A stretch of DNA of 63,861 bases, counting the filler, from Eubacteriales bacterium (GTDB lineage Bacteria; Bacillota; Clostridia; Oscillospirales; CAG-382), in NCBI GenBank assembly GCA_045636665.1. It is 10 parts of 10 records of this genome, joined end to end, with 100 filler letters (N's around TTAATTAATTAA, not from the genome) between each part and the next. Parts side by side here need not be neighbours in the genome. Positions count along the whole stretch, not along the records: positions 41,506 to 52,850 come from JAZTXY010000099.1; positions 52,951 to 55,308 come from JAZTXY010000100.1; positions 55,409 to 60,627 come from JAZTXY010000102.1; 7 more parts are not named here. One strand, given 5' to 3'. Within the stretch, counting starts at the first letter, position 1; each line of letters starts with the position of its first letter. The notes beneath the pieces are model-generated. The model did not search any database, had not been told where the DNA came from, and saw only the letters and a list, made by a program, of their open reading frames with translations. The position numbers were made by a program, and so were the translations under genes. This document shows, piece after piece, positions 48,471 to 57,263 of this stretch.

Positions 48471-49381
48471 AATACAGATTAGGTGTCGACATTGGCGGCA
48501 CAAGTGTTAAAATAGCGGCGCTCGATTCGGATTTTAACCTCACCGAAAAGCTTCGTTTTCCAACGGGCGAGGATTGCACCTCCGAGGAGATAATGCAGAA
48601 TCTTATTGAGCATTGCCGAGAATTTACAGAAAAGTATGACGTTGAAGCAATCGGTGTCGGCTCTGCCGGCGGAATAGACCCCCAAAAGGGTCTTGTTGTA
48701 ACAGCAGGCAATCTTCCTTTCCGTAACGAGCCGGTCGTAAGTAAGCTTCACGATGCTTTCGGCATCCCCGTTTTTATCGATAACGACGGTACTTGCGCCC
48801 TTATCGGCGAAAGAGCGGCAGGCGAATGTAAGGGCTGTGTTGATGCTTTAATAATCACGCTCGGCACGGGTGTCGGCGGCGCGGTAATTATGGATAACCG
48901 CATTATGCGCGGACGAAATAACCGCGCAGGCGAGCTTGGTCATTTCACGATCGACCGCAACGGCCCCGAATGCGAATGCGGACTTCACGGATGTCTTGAA
49001 CGCTATGCTTCGGCAACCGCGCTTATCGAATCGGTCGAAAAAGCAGTGGCTGAGAATCCAAACAGCATTGTTGCACAGGTTGCAAAGGACGGAATCAACG
49101 GCAAGACCGCGTTCGATGCAAAAGAACAGGGATGTGAGGTCGCAGCCCGTCTTCTCGATGAGTACGGACGTAATCTTGCAATCGGCGTGGACAGCTTAAC
49201 TCATATCTTCTCGCCCGAAACTATCGTCATCGCAGGCGGTATCTCAAACCAAGGTGCTGCGTTGCTCGACCTTATCACTCCCCATAGAGTAACAACAAAA
49301 AGCCGTGTTGTAACAACCTCGCTTAAAGGCGACGGCGGTATAATCGGCGCGGCACTTTTGGGCACCGAATACAGTAAATAA
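48467..49381 (+). CDS. ROK family sugar kinase
   Basis: GVDIGGT, IDNDG, TLGTGVGG, GELGH, CECGLHGCLE. Confidence 0.93.
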   Translation: MKYRLGVDIGGTSVKIAALDSDFNLTEKLRFPTGEDCTSEEIMQNLIEHCREFTEKYDVEAIGVGSAGGIDPQKGLVVTAGNLPFRNEPVVSKLHDAFGIPVFIDNDGTCALIGERAAGECKGCVDALIITLGTGVGGAVIMDNRIMRGRNNRAGELGHFTIDRNGPECECGLHGCLERYASATALIESVEKAVAENPNSIVAQVAKDGINGKTAFDAKEQGCEVAARLLDEYGRNLAIGVDSLTHIFSPETIVIAGGISNQGAALLDLITPHRVTTKSRVVTTSLKGDGGIIGAALLGTEYSK

Positions 49382-49389
49382 AAATATGC

Positions 49390-49418
49390 TTGACAAAGCG
49401 TAAAAAGTGTGATATATT
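49390..49418 (+). promoter_or_regulatory. Sigma-A promoter
   Basis: TTGACA-17nt-TATATT with TG extension. Confidence 0.75.
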
Positions 49419-49447
49419 AGCAAAAATTCAAAGAAAGGATTACGGCA

Positions 49448-49555
49448 ATGACTTATATGTTTTCGCATAACGTGAATAACGTACTTATGCCCCAAGCGGA
49501 TCGCCAGGATTGGAATTCGTCGGGCTTACATTGTCGTACCCAAAATTCATTATAA
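49448..49555 (+). CDS. Putative leader peptide (35 aa, MTYMFSHNVNNVLMPQADRQDWNSSGLHCRTQNSL)
   Basis: GAAAGGA RBS 8 nt upstream; ORF overlaps the antiterminator arm. Confidence 0.5.
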   Translation: MTYMFSHNVNNVLMPQADRQDWNSSGLHCRTQNSL

Positions 49556-49632
49556 TCTTTTTATAGGTTTTATTGAATAGCAGTACATATACAGTGTAAG
49601 TCGAGAAATCGATTTACACTGTTTTTTATTTT
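49522..49632 (+). promoter_or_regulatory. Transcription attenuator (terminator/antiterminator)
   Basis: Terminator ACAGTGTAAGTCGA-GAAA-TCGATTTACACTGT-TTTTT (49591-49627); GGCTTACATTGT..GTAC (49523-49539) is complementary to GTAC..ACAGTGTAAGTC (49583-49602). Confidence 0.75.
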
Positions 49633-49729
49633 AGAAAAAAGGAGGCAATTATCGTGTCAGAACAATCTATCTCTCACCAAGATGACGATGACGATCAACA
49701 ATATCACCAACTAAAACAAGGAGTTACTT

Positions 49730-50581
49730 ATGAAAACAATCGACTCGACTGTTCTGGCAGGATACAATGCCGGAATTGAAAGAAACCGTTTAAGAACAGG
49801 AATTGGAATTATCGAATTTGAAAGAACGAAAGAAATATTGCTTGAAAAGTTACCAAAACCACCGTCAGTAATTTATGATATCGGCGGGGGTTACGGAGAA
49901 TATGCTTGGTGGCTTACTTCGCTCGGATATGAGGTGCACTTATTTGATATATCAGAAACCAACATCAAAATGAGCGAGGAATTGGAAAGTGAATACCCAA
50001 ATGTTCATTTGGCAGCAGCAAAAGTAAGTGACGCTCGTTCTGTTCCTCGCGAGAGCAAAAGCGCAGATGCAATTCTGCTTATGGGACCTCTTTATTCCAT
50101 CACTGAATATGAAGAAAGAATACTTGCTATAAGGGAAAGCTATCGTTTGCTGAAAAATGACGGCATCCTATTCACAGCTGCTCTCACTCCGTATGGAGGT
50201 TTGCTTCATCGCATAACTATGTATCACAATTCAGAGGACAAAAAATCTTACGAGCTTGATAATCCTGCTGTTATATCCATGTTTGAGCGAGCGTTATCCG
50301 ATGGATGCTATATAAACCCCGAAAGGAATAACGCAAAAGGATTAGGCAGTTCACATTTACACACCGCAAAAGCATTGAGAGAAGAATTGCAGTGCGGTGG
50401 TTTCGAAACTTTGTCCATTCACGGTGTAATGGGAGGCGCATGGCTCGCACCAAACCTTGACGAATTATTAAACAACGAAGAAACAAAAGAAGTGCTTATG
50501 AAAACCGTTAGAATGTTAGACACCCACGAAGAAATTATAGGTTTGTCAGGACACTTGCTTGCGGTTTCAAGAAAGGAATAA
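49730..50581 (+). CDS. Class I SAM-dependent methyltransferase
   Basis: IYDIGGGYGEY, LFDIS, DAR, DAILLMGPLY. Confidence 0.88.
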   Translation: MKTIDSTVLAGYNAGIERNRLRTGIGIIEFERTKEILLEKLPKPPSVIYDIGGGYGEYAWWLTSLGYEVHLFDISETNIKMSEELESEYPNVHLAAAKVSDARSVPRESKSADAILLMGPLYSITEYEERILAIRESYRLLKNDGILFTAALTPYGGLLHRITMYHNSEDKKSYELDNPAVISMFERALSDGCYINPERNNAKGLGSSHLHTAKALREELQCGGFETLSIHGVMGGAWLAPNLDELLNNEETKEVLMKTVRMLDTHEEIIGLSGHLLAVSRKE

Positions 50582-50584
50582 GAT

Positions 50585-51349
50585 ATGATTATAAAAAACG
50601 AAATACCGATTTTAGAATTTGACACGGACAAAAATGCAGTAATAATGCCAACACACGCAGGATTAGATCTTAATCTTCCAGAAAGAGCCGTCTTTGCATT
50701 TTTAAGTGATTATATTGATGAATACGCAAAGATAACCAATGCAAAACAAGTGGCAATATTTGAATCAGCTACAAAAAATATCCCCATATATGTTCTTGAA
50801 TACAAGGGCGAAGAAATATGTCTTGTTCAAGCGCCTGTCGGAGCTTCGCCTGCAACACAAATTATGGATTGGCTTATTGGATACGGTGTCAGAAAGATAA
50901 TAGCCGGTGGTTGTTGCGGTGCTTTGAAAGATTATCCCGAAGGAACGTTCCTTGTCCCCACCAAGGCCTTGCGTGATGAAGGAACATCATATCATTATGC
51001 TCCACCCTCTCGCTTTATAGACATCAATGAAAACGCATTAAAAGCTATTGAAAATACAATTGAAGAAAACAACCTACAATATCAAGAAGTCATCACTTGG
51101 ACTACCGACGGTTTTTATAGAGAAACAAAAGAAAAGGTGGAATATAGAAAATCCGAGGGTTGTTCGGTTGTTGAAATGGAATGCTCTGCTCTTGCGGCCT
51201 GCGCTCAATTCAGAAACGTTGTTTTCGGACAGATTTTATATACTGCCGATACATTAGCGGATATTGAAAAATGGGATTCACGAAATTGGGGCAAAAACTC
51301 AATCGAATGCGCTTTGAAATTATGCCTTGATTCAGTTTTGAAGTTATAA
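50585..51349 (+). CDS. Nucleoside phosphorylase (PNP/UDP family)
   Basis: GCCG, RDEGTSYHY, WTTDGFYRET, VVEMECSA. Confidence 0.88.
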   Translation: MIIKNEIPILEFDTDKNAVIMPTHAGLDLNLPERAVFAFLSDYIDEYAKITNAKQVAIFESATKNIPIYVLEYKGEEICLVQAPVGASPATQIMDWLIGYGVRKIIAGGCCGALKDYPEGTFLVPTKALRDEGTSYHYAPPSRFIDINENALKAIENTIEENNLQYQEVITWTTDGFYRETKEKVEYRKSEGCSVVEMECSALAACAQFRNVVFGQILYTADTLADIEKWDSRNWGKNSIECALKLCLDSVLKL

Positions 51350-51362
51350 GGAGTACATAACA

Positions 51363-51914
51363 ATGATATTTACAGAAAAAGAAATCACATTAAAAAACGT
51401 GAAAACAGCGATATTGAAAAGTCCTGTTGAATCGGATGCGGAAGAATTGCTTAATATGATAAAACAAACTTGCGGAGAAACCGATTATTTGACAAAGTAT
51501 CCCGAAGAATGGAATATAACCGTTGAACAAGAGAAAAGATGGATCAACAATTTTGCCGCTGCTGAAAACGGGGTATGCATTGTTTGTTATATTAATGGTG
51601 TCATCGCCGGTAACTGCCAAATTAATTTCGGCAACGGTATAAAAACAAAGCATTCGGCAACGATCGGTATATCGATATTGAAAGATTATTGGGGCTTGGG
51701 CATCGGCTCTGCAATGTTCAAAGAAATGATTAAAATCGCAAAAGAACGCGGTGTTAAAATAATCGAGCTTGGCGTTATCGAAGGCAATGAAAGAGCAATA
51801 AAGCTTTACGAAAAATATGGCTTCAAAAGCGTTTGTAAACGCCCTAACGCCTTTATGTTGAAAGACGGAACGATGCAATCGGAGATTTATATGCAAAAGA
51901 GTGTAGGTGAATAA
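51363..51914 (+). CDS. GNAT family N-acetyltransferase
   Basis: ISILKDYWGLGIGS, NERAIKLYEKYGF. Confidence 0.9.
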   Translation: MIFTEKEITLKNVKTAILKSPVESDAEELLNMIKQTCGETDYLTKYPEEWNITVEQEKRWINNFAAAENGVCIVCYINGVIAGNCQINFGNGIKTKHSATIGISILKDYWGLGIGSAMFKEMIKIAKERGVKIIELGVIEGNERAIKLYEKYGFKSVCKRPNAFMLKDGTMQSEIYMQKSVGE

Positions 51915-51915
51915 A

Positions 51916-52500
51916 ATGGATAAAACCCTTGTAATAATTATCGGTCCGCACGCAGTTGGTAAAATGACTGTTGGTCAAGAGCTTGAAATAATCACAGGGC
52001 TGAAATTGTTTCACAATCATATGTCGATTGAGTTGGCTCGTAAGCTTTTTGATTTTTCCGATCCCGAATACAAAATACTCAACCAAACAATACGCGAAAC
52101 TGTTTTCAACTTGTTCGCAAAAGGTAATTTTAAAGGTTTAATTTTTACGTTTATGTGCGACTTTGACGTTCAATCCGAATTTGATTACTTGAATGATATA
52201 ATTACTTTATTCAAAACCAACGGCGCAAAGTGCCATGTGGTCGAGCTGTGCGCTGACTTCGATGAACGAATAGAGCGAAACAAAAGCGAAAACCGACTTT
52301 ATTATAAAGAGTCAAAGCGCAATATTGAATTCAGCGAAGCTGAAATGCGAAGAACAAGCGAAAGGCATCGCTTGAATTCTTACGACGGAGAAAAATTACC
52401 CTTTGAAAGCTACGTTAAGATCGACAACACTAATCTGTCGCCGGAGGCTGTTGCAAAAATAATAAAAGAAAAGTTCAAAATTGAAGATAAGCAAATATAA
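51916..52500 (+). CDS. P-loop nucleoside/shikimate-kinase-like protein
   Basis: IIGPHAVGKMT, LFHNH, VELCA..ERIERN, IDNTNLSP. Confidence 0.82.
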   Translation: MDKTLVIIIGPHAVGKMTVGQELEIITGLKLFHNHMSIELARKLFDFSDPEYKILNQTIRETVFNLFAKGNFKGLIFTFMCDFDVQSEFDYLNDIITLFKTNGAKCHVVELCADFDERIERNKSENRLYYKESKRNIEFSEAEMRRTSERHRLNSYDGEKLPFESYVKIDNTNLSPEAVAKIIKEKFKIEDKQI

Positions 52501-52503
52501 AAA

Positions 52504-52529
52504 ACGAGCAACCGATAAAGGTTGCTCGT
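52504..52529. terminator. Terminator hairpin between convergent genes
   Basis: ACGAGCAACC-GATAAA-GGTTGCTCGT. Confidence 0.7.
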
Positions 52530-52538
52530 ATGTCTTTT

Positions 52539-52850
52539 TTAAAGCATTTCGTTCAGGTCGTAAGGTGTGTTCTGGTAAACGTAATAGTTCAGCCAGTTTG
52601 CATAAAGCAAATGTGCGTGTGCGCGCCAAGTCGAAACGGGGGTTTTGGTGGGGTCATCATCGGGGAAGTAGTGCTTCGGTACCTCGGGGTTGATGCCTTT
52701 TTTGACGTCGCGTTCGTATTCGTTGCGTAAGGTATCAAAATCGTATTCGCAATGTCCCGTAACGAAAAATTCACGTCCGTTCTTGTTTGCGACAAGGTAA
52801 ACGCCTGCTTCATCCGATTCGGCAAGGATAAGAAGGTCGTCAACCTTTTC
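52539..52850 (-). CDS. metA: Homoserine O-acyltransferase, C-terminal fragment
   Basis: Hand translation ...[21 protein letters not shown]...HYFPDDDP...[23 protein letters not shown]. Confidence 0.95.
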   Translation of the reverse strand, partial: EKVDDLLILAESDEAGVYLVANKNGREFFVTGHCEYDFDTLRNEYERDVKKGINPEVPKHYFPDDDPTKTPVSTWRAHAHLLYANWLNYYVYQNTPYDLNEML

Positions 52851-52951
52851 NNNNNNNNNNNNNNNNNNNNNNNNNNNNNNNNNNNNNNNNNNNNTTAATT
52901 AATTAANNNNNNNNNNNNNNNNNNNNNNNNNNNNNNNNNNNNNNNNNNNNT

Positions 52952-53113
52952 ATCGGTATGACCTACGGTTCTCTCTTCGATGCTACTCAAACCATGGTAT
53001 CCAAGATCGACGACGATACCTATCAGGTACAAGTAGTTTCGTGGTACGACAACGAAAACTCCTACGTTTCTCAGATGGTTCGTACTATCAAGTACTTCGC
53101 AGAACTCAACTAA
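52952..53113 (+). CDS. gap: Glyceraldehyde-3-phosphate dehydrogenase, C-terminal fragment
   Basis: Hand translation [16 protein letters not shown]...[26 protein letters not shown]. Confidence 0.95.
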   Translation: MGMTYGSLFDATQTMVSKIDDDTYQVQVVSWYDNENSYVSQMVRTIKYFAELN

Positions 53114-53125
53114 TTACTGCACTAG

Positions 53126-53156
53126 AAAACGGACGCCATCAAGGCGTCCGTTTTTT
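53126..53156 (+). terminator. gap terminator
   Basis: AAAACGGACGCC-ATCAA-GGCGTCCGTTTTTT. Confidence 0.85.
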
Positions 53157-53191
53157 CTAACCTATATATAGTATTTCTAAGGAGAATTTAT

Positions 53192-53743
53192 ATGACGGAG
53201 CAAGAAATCAAATTGATCGAAAACAGAATACTCACAGAAATGAGAACCGAATGGGATCCTTATATAGAATTAGAAACAAACAAGGATATTGCATTATGCA
53301 TCGAGCTTTTTGATTCACACGAGCCCGATATCGAAAAGATAAAAAAATGGTTCACAGAGGAGATTTCAAATAAAGATCCATACAACATAGAATTATTGCT
53401 GCTATTGCTTTTTCACTTTGGAATCGAAAAAAAGTTTGCCGATATACTTGGCCCGTTATTGATAGAAGATTGGCATACCTGCCATGAAGATATTGCGTTT
53501 TACTTGGAACACTCAAAGGATCCAAGCACCCCTAAGTATCTGTATACCGCTTCAACGATTGATTTTGATTATTTGGATTATCAGTCGGACTATCGTGCAT
53601 TAAGCAGAAAATGCATGTACGCGCTTTATTCCATCGGCAATGAAGAATCTATTGAATATCTTTATGCCCTTTCCAAACACGAAAACAATATTATTGCCAA
53701 TTTGGCAGTAGAATTTATTAGAATGCACGAAACAGGAATATAA
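53192..53743 (+). CDS. Hypothetical HEAT-like alpha-helical protein
   Basis: AAGGAG RBS; WHTCHEDIA, RKCMYALYSIGNEESIEYL. Confidence 0.7.
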   Translation: MTEQEIKLIENRILTEMRTEWDPYIELETNKDIALCIELFDSHEPDIEKIKKWFTEEISNKDPYNIELLLLLLFHFGIEKKFADILGPLLIEDWHTCHEDIAFYLEHSKDPSTPKYLYTASTIDFDYLDYQSDYRALSRKCMYALYSIGNEESIEYLYALSKHENNIIANLAVEFIRMHETGI

Positions 53744-53750
53744 TAAATGC

Positions 53751-53778
53751 AAAAGGAGCTATGTAAAAGCTCCTTTTT
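53751..53778. terminator. Bidirectional terminator
   Basis: AAAAGGAGCT-loop-AGCTCCTTTTT. Confidence 0.75.
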
Positions 53779-53781
53779 GGT

Positions 53782-54582
53782 TTAATCAAACTTATTCAAT
53801 TCAAAACCGTAGGTTTTTGCGGTATGTTCTTGCTGTTCATATGTAATGGAATTCAAAACAGGCATACCGCTCGATATAACCTTCAGTTTAATTTCTGCCG
53901 CCTTTTCGATTGCGTGCGCAAGTCCAAAGGCTGAAGCAACGCTATCACCCGAGGCGAAAACGCCGTGAAAAGACCAAACAACTGCATTATAATCTTTGAT
54001 TTTTTCTGCGGTCGCCGATGCAAGCTCCAAGCTTCCCGGTACAAAAAACGGAACCATGCCGACACCTTCGGGAAATACAAAGGAACACTCGGTTTCGCTT
54101 TCCCATAAAGCTTCGGAAAAGCTTTTGTCGTTTTGGGGTAAGACGTATGTAAGAGCAACTACGTTCGCAGGGTGGCAATGATAAACCGCGCGACCGCTAT
54201 CACGCTTTTTAAGCTCGCCTAACGACATCAAATGACCGCACAGCTCGCTCGTAGGCTTTAAACCGCCCCAAACGACGCGATAAGCAGAACCCTCATCGGA
54301 TATTTGGCAAACGCAAAACTTCGATTCAGGCGCGTTGTGGATGTCGATAAAGTATGAACCGGTTGCGGTTGTAAAAACAAACTCGTTTGCCATTTCGGGA
54401 ATGCTTTTTGGAATCGAAACCCACGCCCTATCGAACGAGAAATCTTCGTATACAGATTCGACTTCATTTACCGAAAGGCGCAAAGAAACATTTCCTGCGT
54501 TTCTTTCGTGCCAACCCAAATCGCAACCATATTTTATAAAGCGAATCGCTTCATTAAAGAAGCCGCTATCAAAAACCTTCAT
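53782..54582 (-). CDS. rhaD: Rhamnulose-1-phosphate aldolase (class II aldolase)
   Basis: GWHERNAGN, TATGS, PTSE..H, HCHP, TEC..VFPEGVG, W.FHG. Confidence 0.88.
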   Translation of the reverse strand: MKVFDSGFFNEAIRFIKYGCDLGWHERNAGNVSLRLSVNEVESVYEDFSFDRAWVSIPKSIPEMANEFVFTTATGSYFIDIHNAPESKFCVCQISDEGSAYRVVWGGLKPTSELCGHLMSLGELKKRDSGRAVYHCHPANVVALTYVLPQNDKSFSEALWESETECSFVFPEGVGMVPFFVPGSLELASATAEKIKDYNAVVWSFHGVFASGDSVASAFGLAHAIEKAAEIKLKVISSGMPVLNSITYEQQEHTAKTYGFELNKFD

Positions 54583-54584
54583 AA

Positions 54585-55208
54585 TTACTTAATCTCTTCA
54601 ATCAATTTGCATACAACGGGCGCAAGGGCATTTGCAATTAACTTTTTGCCCGCGGTATCGGGATGTACGCCGTCGGGAGATAATTCAACGTTAGGAACGC
54701 CATTAACGTTTGCTTCGACAAACATACCGTCAAGAGGAATAAATGCATCGGCATATTGCATTGCAAGCTGACGAACAACGTCAATCTTCTCGTTAAGGTC
54801 TGCACGCATATTGTCCTTATCCATGTTATAAAGCAAAAACGGTTCCATAATAACGATTTTTGCATTCGTTTCGGATTTAATGCGTTTTAAAACAGTTTCG
54901 TAATTTGAGCGGAAATATTCAATCGTTGTTTCAAGATTTATCATATATTTGTGCCAAGTATCGTTAATGCCGATAAGAATTGTTACGATATCGGGCTGAA
55001 GATTGATAAGATCGTTTTCAACGCGCGCGAGAAGATTTTCGGTACGGTTGCCGCTAATACCGCGATTAAAAAATTCAATATCCATATCGGGAAAAGCATT
55101 TTTTATCGCCTCTACAGTATAAACAACATATCCTTGGCCCAAATTGTTGGGATCATCATAAACTCGTTGACAATCGGTTACGCTGTCACCTTGAAATAAA
55201 ATTCGCAT
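54585..55208 (-). CDS. SGNH/GDSL hydrolase
   Basis: FQGDSVT, NRGISG, GIND, DGVHP. Confidence 0.92.
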   Translation of the reverse strand: MRILFQGDSVTDCQRVYDDPNNLGQGYVVYTVEAIKNAFPDMDIEFFNRGISGNRTENLLARVENDLINLQPDIVTILIGINDTWHKYMINLETTIEYFRSNYETVLKRIKSETNAKIVIMEPFLLYNMDKDNMRADLNEKIDVVRQLAMQYADAFIPLDGMFVEANVNGVPNVELSPDGVHPDTAGKKLIANALAPVVCKLIEEIK

Positions 55209-55231
55209 AATTAATCCTCCGCAGATTTAAT

Positions 55232-55267
55232 AAAACAAAAGCCCGAACGCGATTGCGTTCGGGCTTT
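55232..55267 (-). terminator. Terminator after tRNA
   Basis: Minus strand AAAGCCCGAACGC-AATC-GCGTTCGGGCTTTTGTTTT. Confidence 0.8.
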
Positions 55268-55308
55268 GGTCTGAGTGACAAGACTTGAACTTGCGGCCTC
55301 TACCACCC
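55267..55308 (-). tRNA. tRNA-Pro, 3' half (cut by contig end)
   Basis: Minus strand GGGTGGTAGAGGCCGCAAGTTCAAGTCTTGTCACTCAGACCA: T-loop GTTCAA, CCA end, Pro-type acceptor; anticodon incomplete. Confidence 0.8.
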
Positions 55309-55408
55309 NNNNNNNNNNNNNNNNNNNNNNNNNNNNNNNNNNNNNNNNNNNNTTAATTAATTAANNNNNNNNNNNNNNNNNNNNNNNNNNNNNNNNNNNN
55401 NNNNNNNN

Positions 55409-55464
55409 TGTTGACAAATCAACAAGTTTGTGTTATAGTCTATGCTTGTTGAGAAATCAACAAG
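55409..55464 (+). promoter_or_regulatory. Sigma-A promoter with two palindromic operators (probable MarR sites)
   Basis: TTGACA(55411)-17nt-TATAGT(55434); TGTTGA-CAAA-TCAACA (55409-24) over the -35, and CTTGTTGA-GAAA-TCAACAAG (55445-64) at the start site. Confidence 0.8.
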
Positions 55465-55542
55465 TTCTGTTTGGACAACAAATTTAAAAATAAGTTGGAT
55501 TTTCGAAGCAACAACATAAAGAAAAAAAGGAGTTAACTATCA

Positions 55543-57246
55543 ATGAATAGCGAACAGTTACATCCTAAAAGAGAATTTAAAAGTATTCGTCATATAGTAG
55601 AATATGCCGCAAAGACCTATGGCAACAGCGTTGCATTTTCTTATCGTTTGAAGCCCAATGACAAGGAAAAGGTCACCGTCAGTTACGTTGAGTTCCGCGA
55701 TGACGTAAGAGCTCTTGCAAGCGAAATGCTTTCTCGTAAAATGGAGGGAAAGCATATTGTCGCAATCGGCAAAATGTCTTATGATTTTGTAGTTACATAT
55801 TACGCCACCCTTCTTATCGGCGCGGTTCTTGTTCCGCTTGACCGAGATTGGAGCGCTTCGGAGTTGGCAAACACCGCAAAAAGCGCTGATATCGATTATC
55901 TTTTCTGTGACGAAGACCTTTTGGAAAAGAGCGAGGAAATCCAACGTGTTTGCGATTTAAAAGCTCCGACTACCTATTTCGGTGCAACGGGTGAACAAAG
56001 TCTTTCGACTATGATAGCTCAAGGCCGCCGTAAATATTTAGAGGACAGAAGACCGTATTTCGCCGTGGACTTTGACAATCGCAAGCTTTCGCTTCTTGTT
56101 TATACCTCGGGAACTACCGGAAAAGGCAAGGGCGTTATGCTTTGCACCGATTCGATTATCCGAAATATGTCCGACGCTTTGCCTTATATCGATTTTGCAA
56201 AGAAGACGGTTTCGGTTTTGCCGCCGCACCATACTTACGGTTCTACCGTTATGCTCATAGGACACGTAATGATCGGAACCGAGGTATATATATCCAGCGG
56301 TATACGTTACGTGCAAAAGGAGCTTATGATCGAAAAGCCCGGCCATCTTGTTTTGGTTCCTCTTTATCTTGAAACCTTTTATCGAAAAATACAAGCAAAT
56401 ATCAAGAACCAAGGCAAGGATGCAATAGTAAGCAAGATGATAAAGCTTGCAAAGGTTACCCGAGCCGCAAGCTTTGGACTTGTTGACTTAAGAGAAAAGC
56501 TCTTTTCTCAGATAAGAAACGCTTTTGGCGGAAGAATCAAAACCATTGTAACGGGCGGCGCGCCGATCAATCAAGAAATCGTTTCGTTTTTCGAGGGCTT
56601 GGGAATTTCGATTTTGAACGGATACGGCATAACCGAGTGCTCGCCGTTGATTTCGGTTAATCGAAGTCTTAACGTCGTGAAGGGCAGTGTCGGTACCGTT
56701 CTCGATATGGATGAGGTCAAAATCAGCAAGCCGAACGAGGCAGGCGAAGGAGAAATTTGCGTTAAAGGCCCGAACGTTATGCTCGGTTACTATAAAGACG
56801 AAGCGGCAACCCGCGATGTGTTCGACAGCGAGGGCTTCTTCAAAACGGGAGATTACGGAAAGCTTACCAAGGACCGAATCCTTTATATTACCGGCAGAAA
56901 AAAGAATTTGATAATTCTTTCCAACGGCAAAAACGTATATCCCGAGGAAATAGAAAACGAATTGATTTCCATTCCCGGTGTGCAGGATATTATCGTCTAT
57001 GAAGGACAAAGCCGCAGAGGTATAGAGCACAACGCCATTGTTGCCGAGATTTTCCCCGACGGCGAGTATATTTCCAAGAACGAAATAACCGACGTCAAGG
57101 CATATTTGCAGCCGTATATCGAAAAATATAACAGAGCCGCAGTTCCGTACAAGAAGATTAACGTGGTGAGGATTCGTACAGAAGACTTCCCCAAAAACAC
57201 CTTGCGAAAAATTATGCGTTATAAGCTCGATATGAGCATCGATTAA
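55543..57246 (+). CDS. AMP-binding long-chain acyl-CoA synthetase
   Basis: YTSGTTGKGKG, LPPHHTY, NGYGITECSP, TGDYG, GRKKNLI..NGKNVYPEE. Confidence 0.9.
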   Translation: MNSEQLHPKREFKSIRHIVEYAAKTYGNSVAFSYRLKPNDKEKVTVSYVEFRDDVRALASEMLSRKMEGKHIVAIGKMSYDFVVTYYATLLIGAVLVPLDRDWSASELANTAKSADIDYLFCDEDLLEKSEEIQRVCDLKAPTTYFGATGEQSLSTMIAQGRRKYLEDRRPYFAVDFDNRKLSLLVYTSGTTGKGKGVMLCTDSIIRNMSDALPYIDFAKKTVSVLPPHHTYGSTVMLIGHVMIGTEVYISSGIRYVQKELMIEKPGHLVLVPLYLETFYRKIQANIKNQGKDAIVSKMIKLAKVTRAASFGLVDLREKLFSQIRNAFGGRIKTIVTGGAPINQEIVSFFEGLGISILNGYGITECSPLISVNRSLNVVKGSVGTVLDMDEVKISKPNEAGEGEICVKGPNVMLGYYKDEAATRDVFDSEGFFKTGDYGKLTKDRILYITGRKKNLIILSNGKNVYPEEIENELISIPGVQDIIVYEGQSRRGIEHNAIVAEIFPDGEYISKNEITDVKAYLQPYIEKYNRAAVPYKKINVVRIRTEDFPKNTLRKIMRYKLDMSID

Positions 57247-57263
57247 AACAGAAAGGCAAGCTT

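Noticed and set aside
55267..55308. tRNA-Pro fragment as an att scar
   Set aside because: It runs to the contig edge, so truncation explains the missing half.
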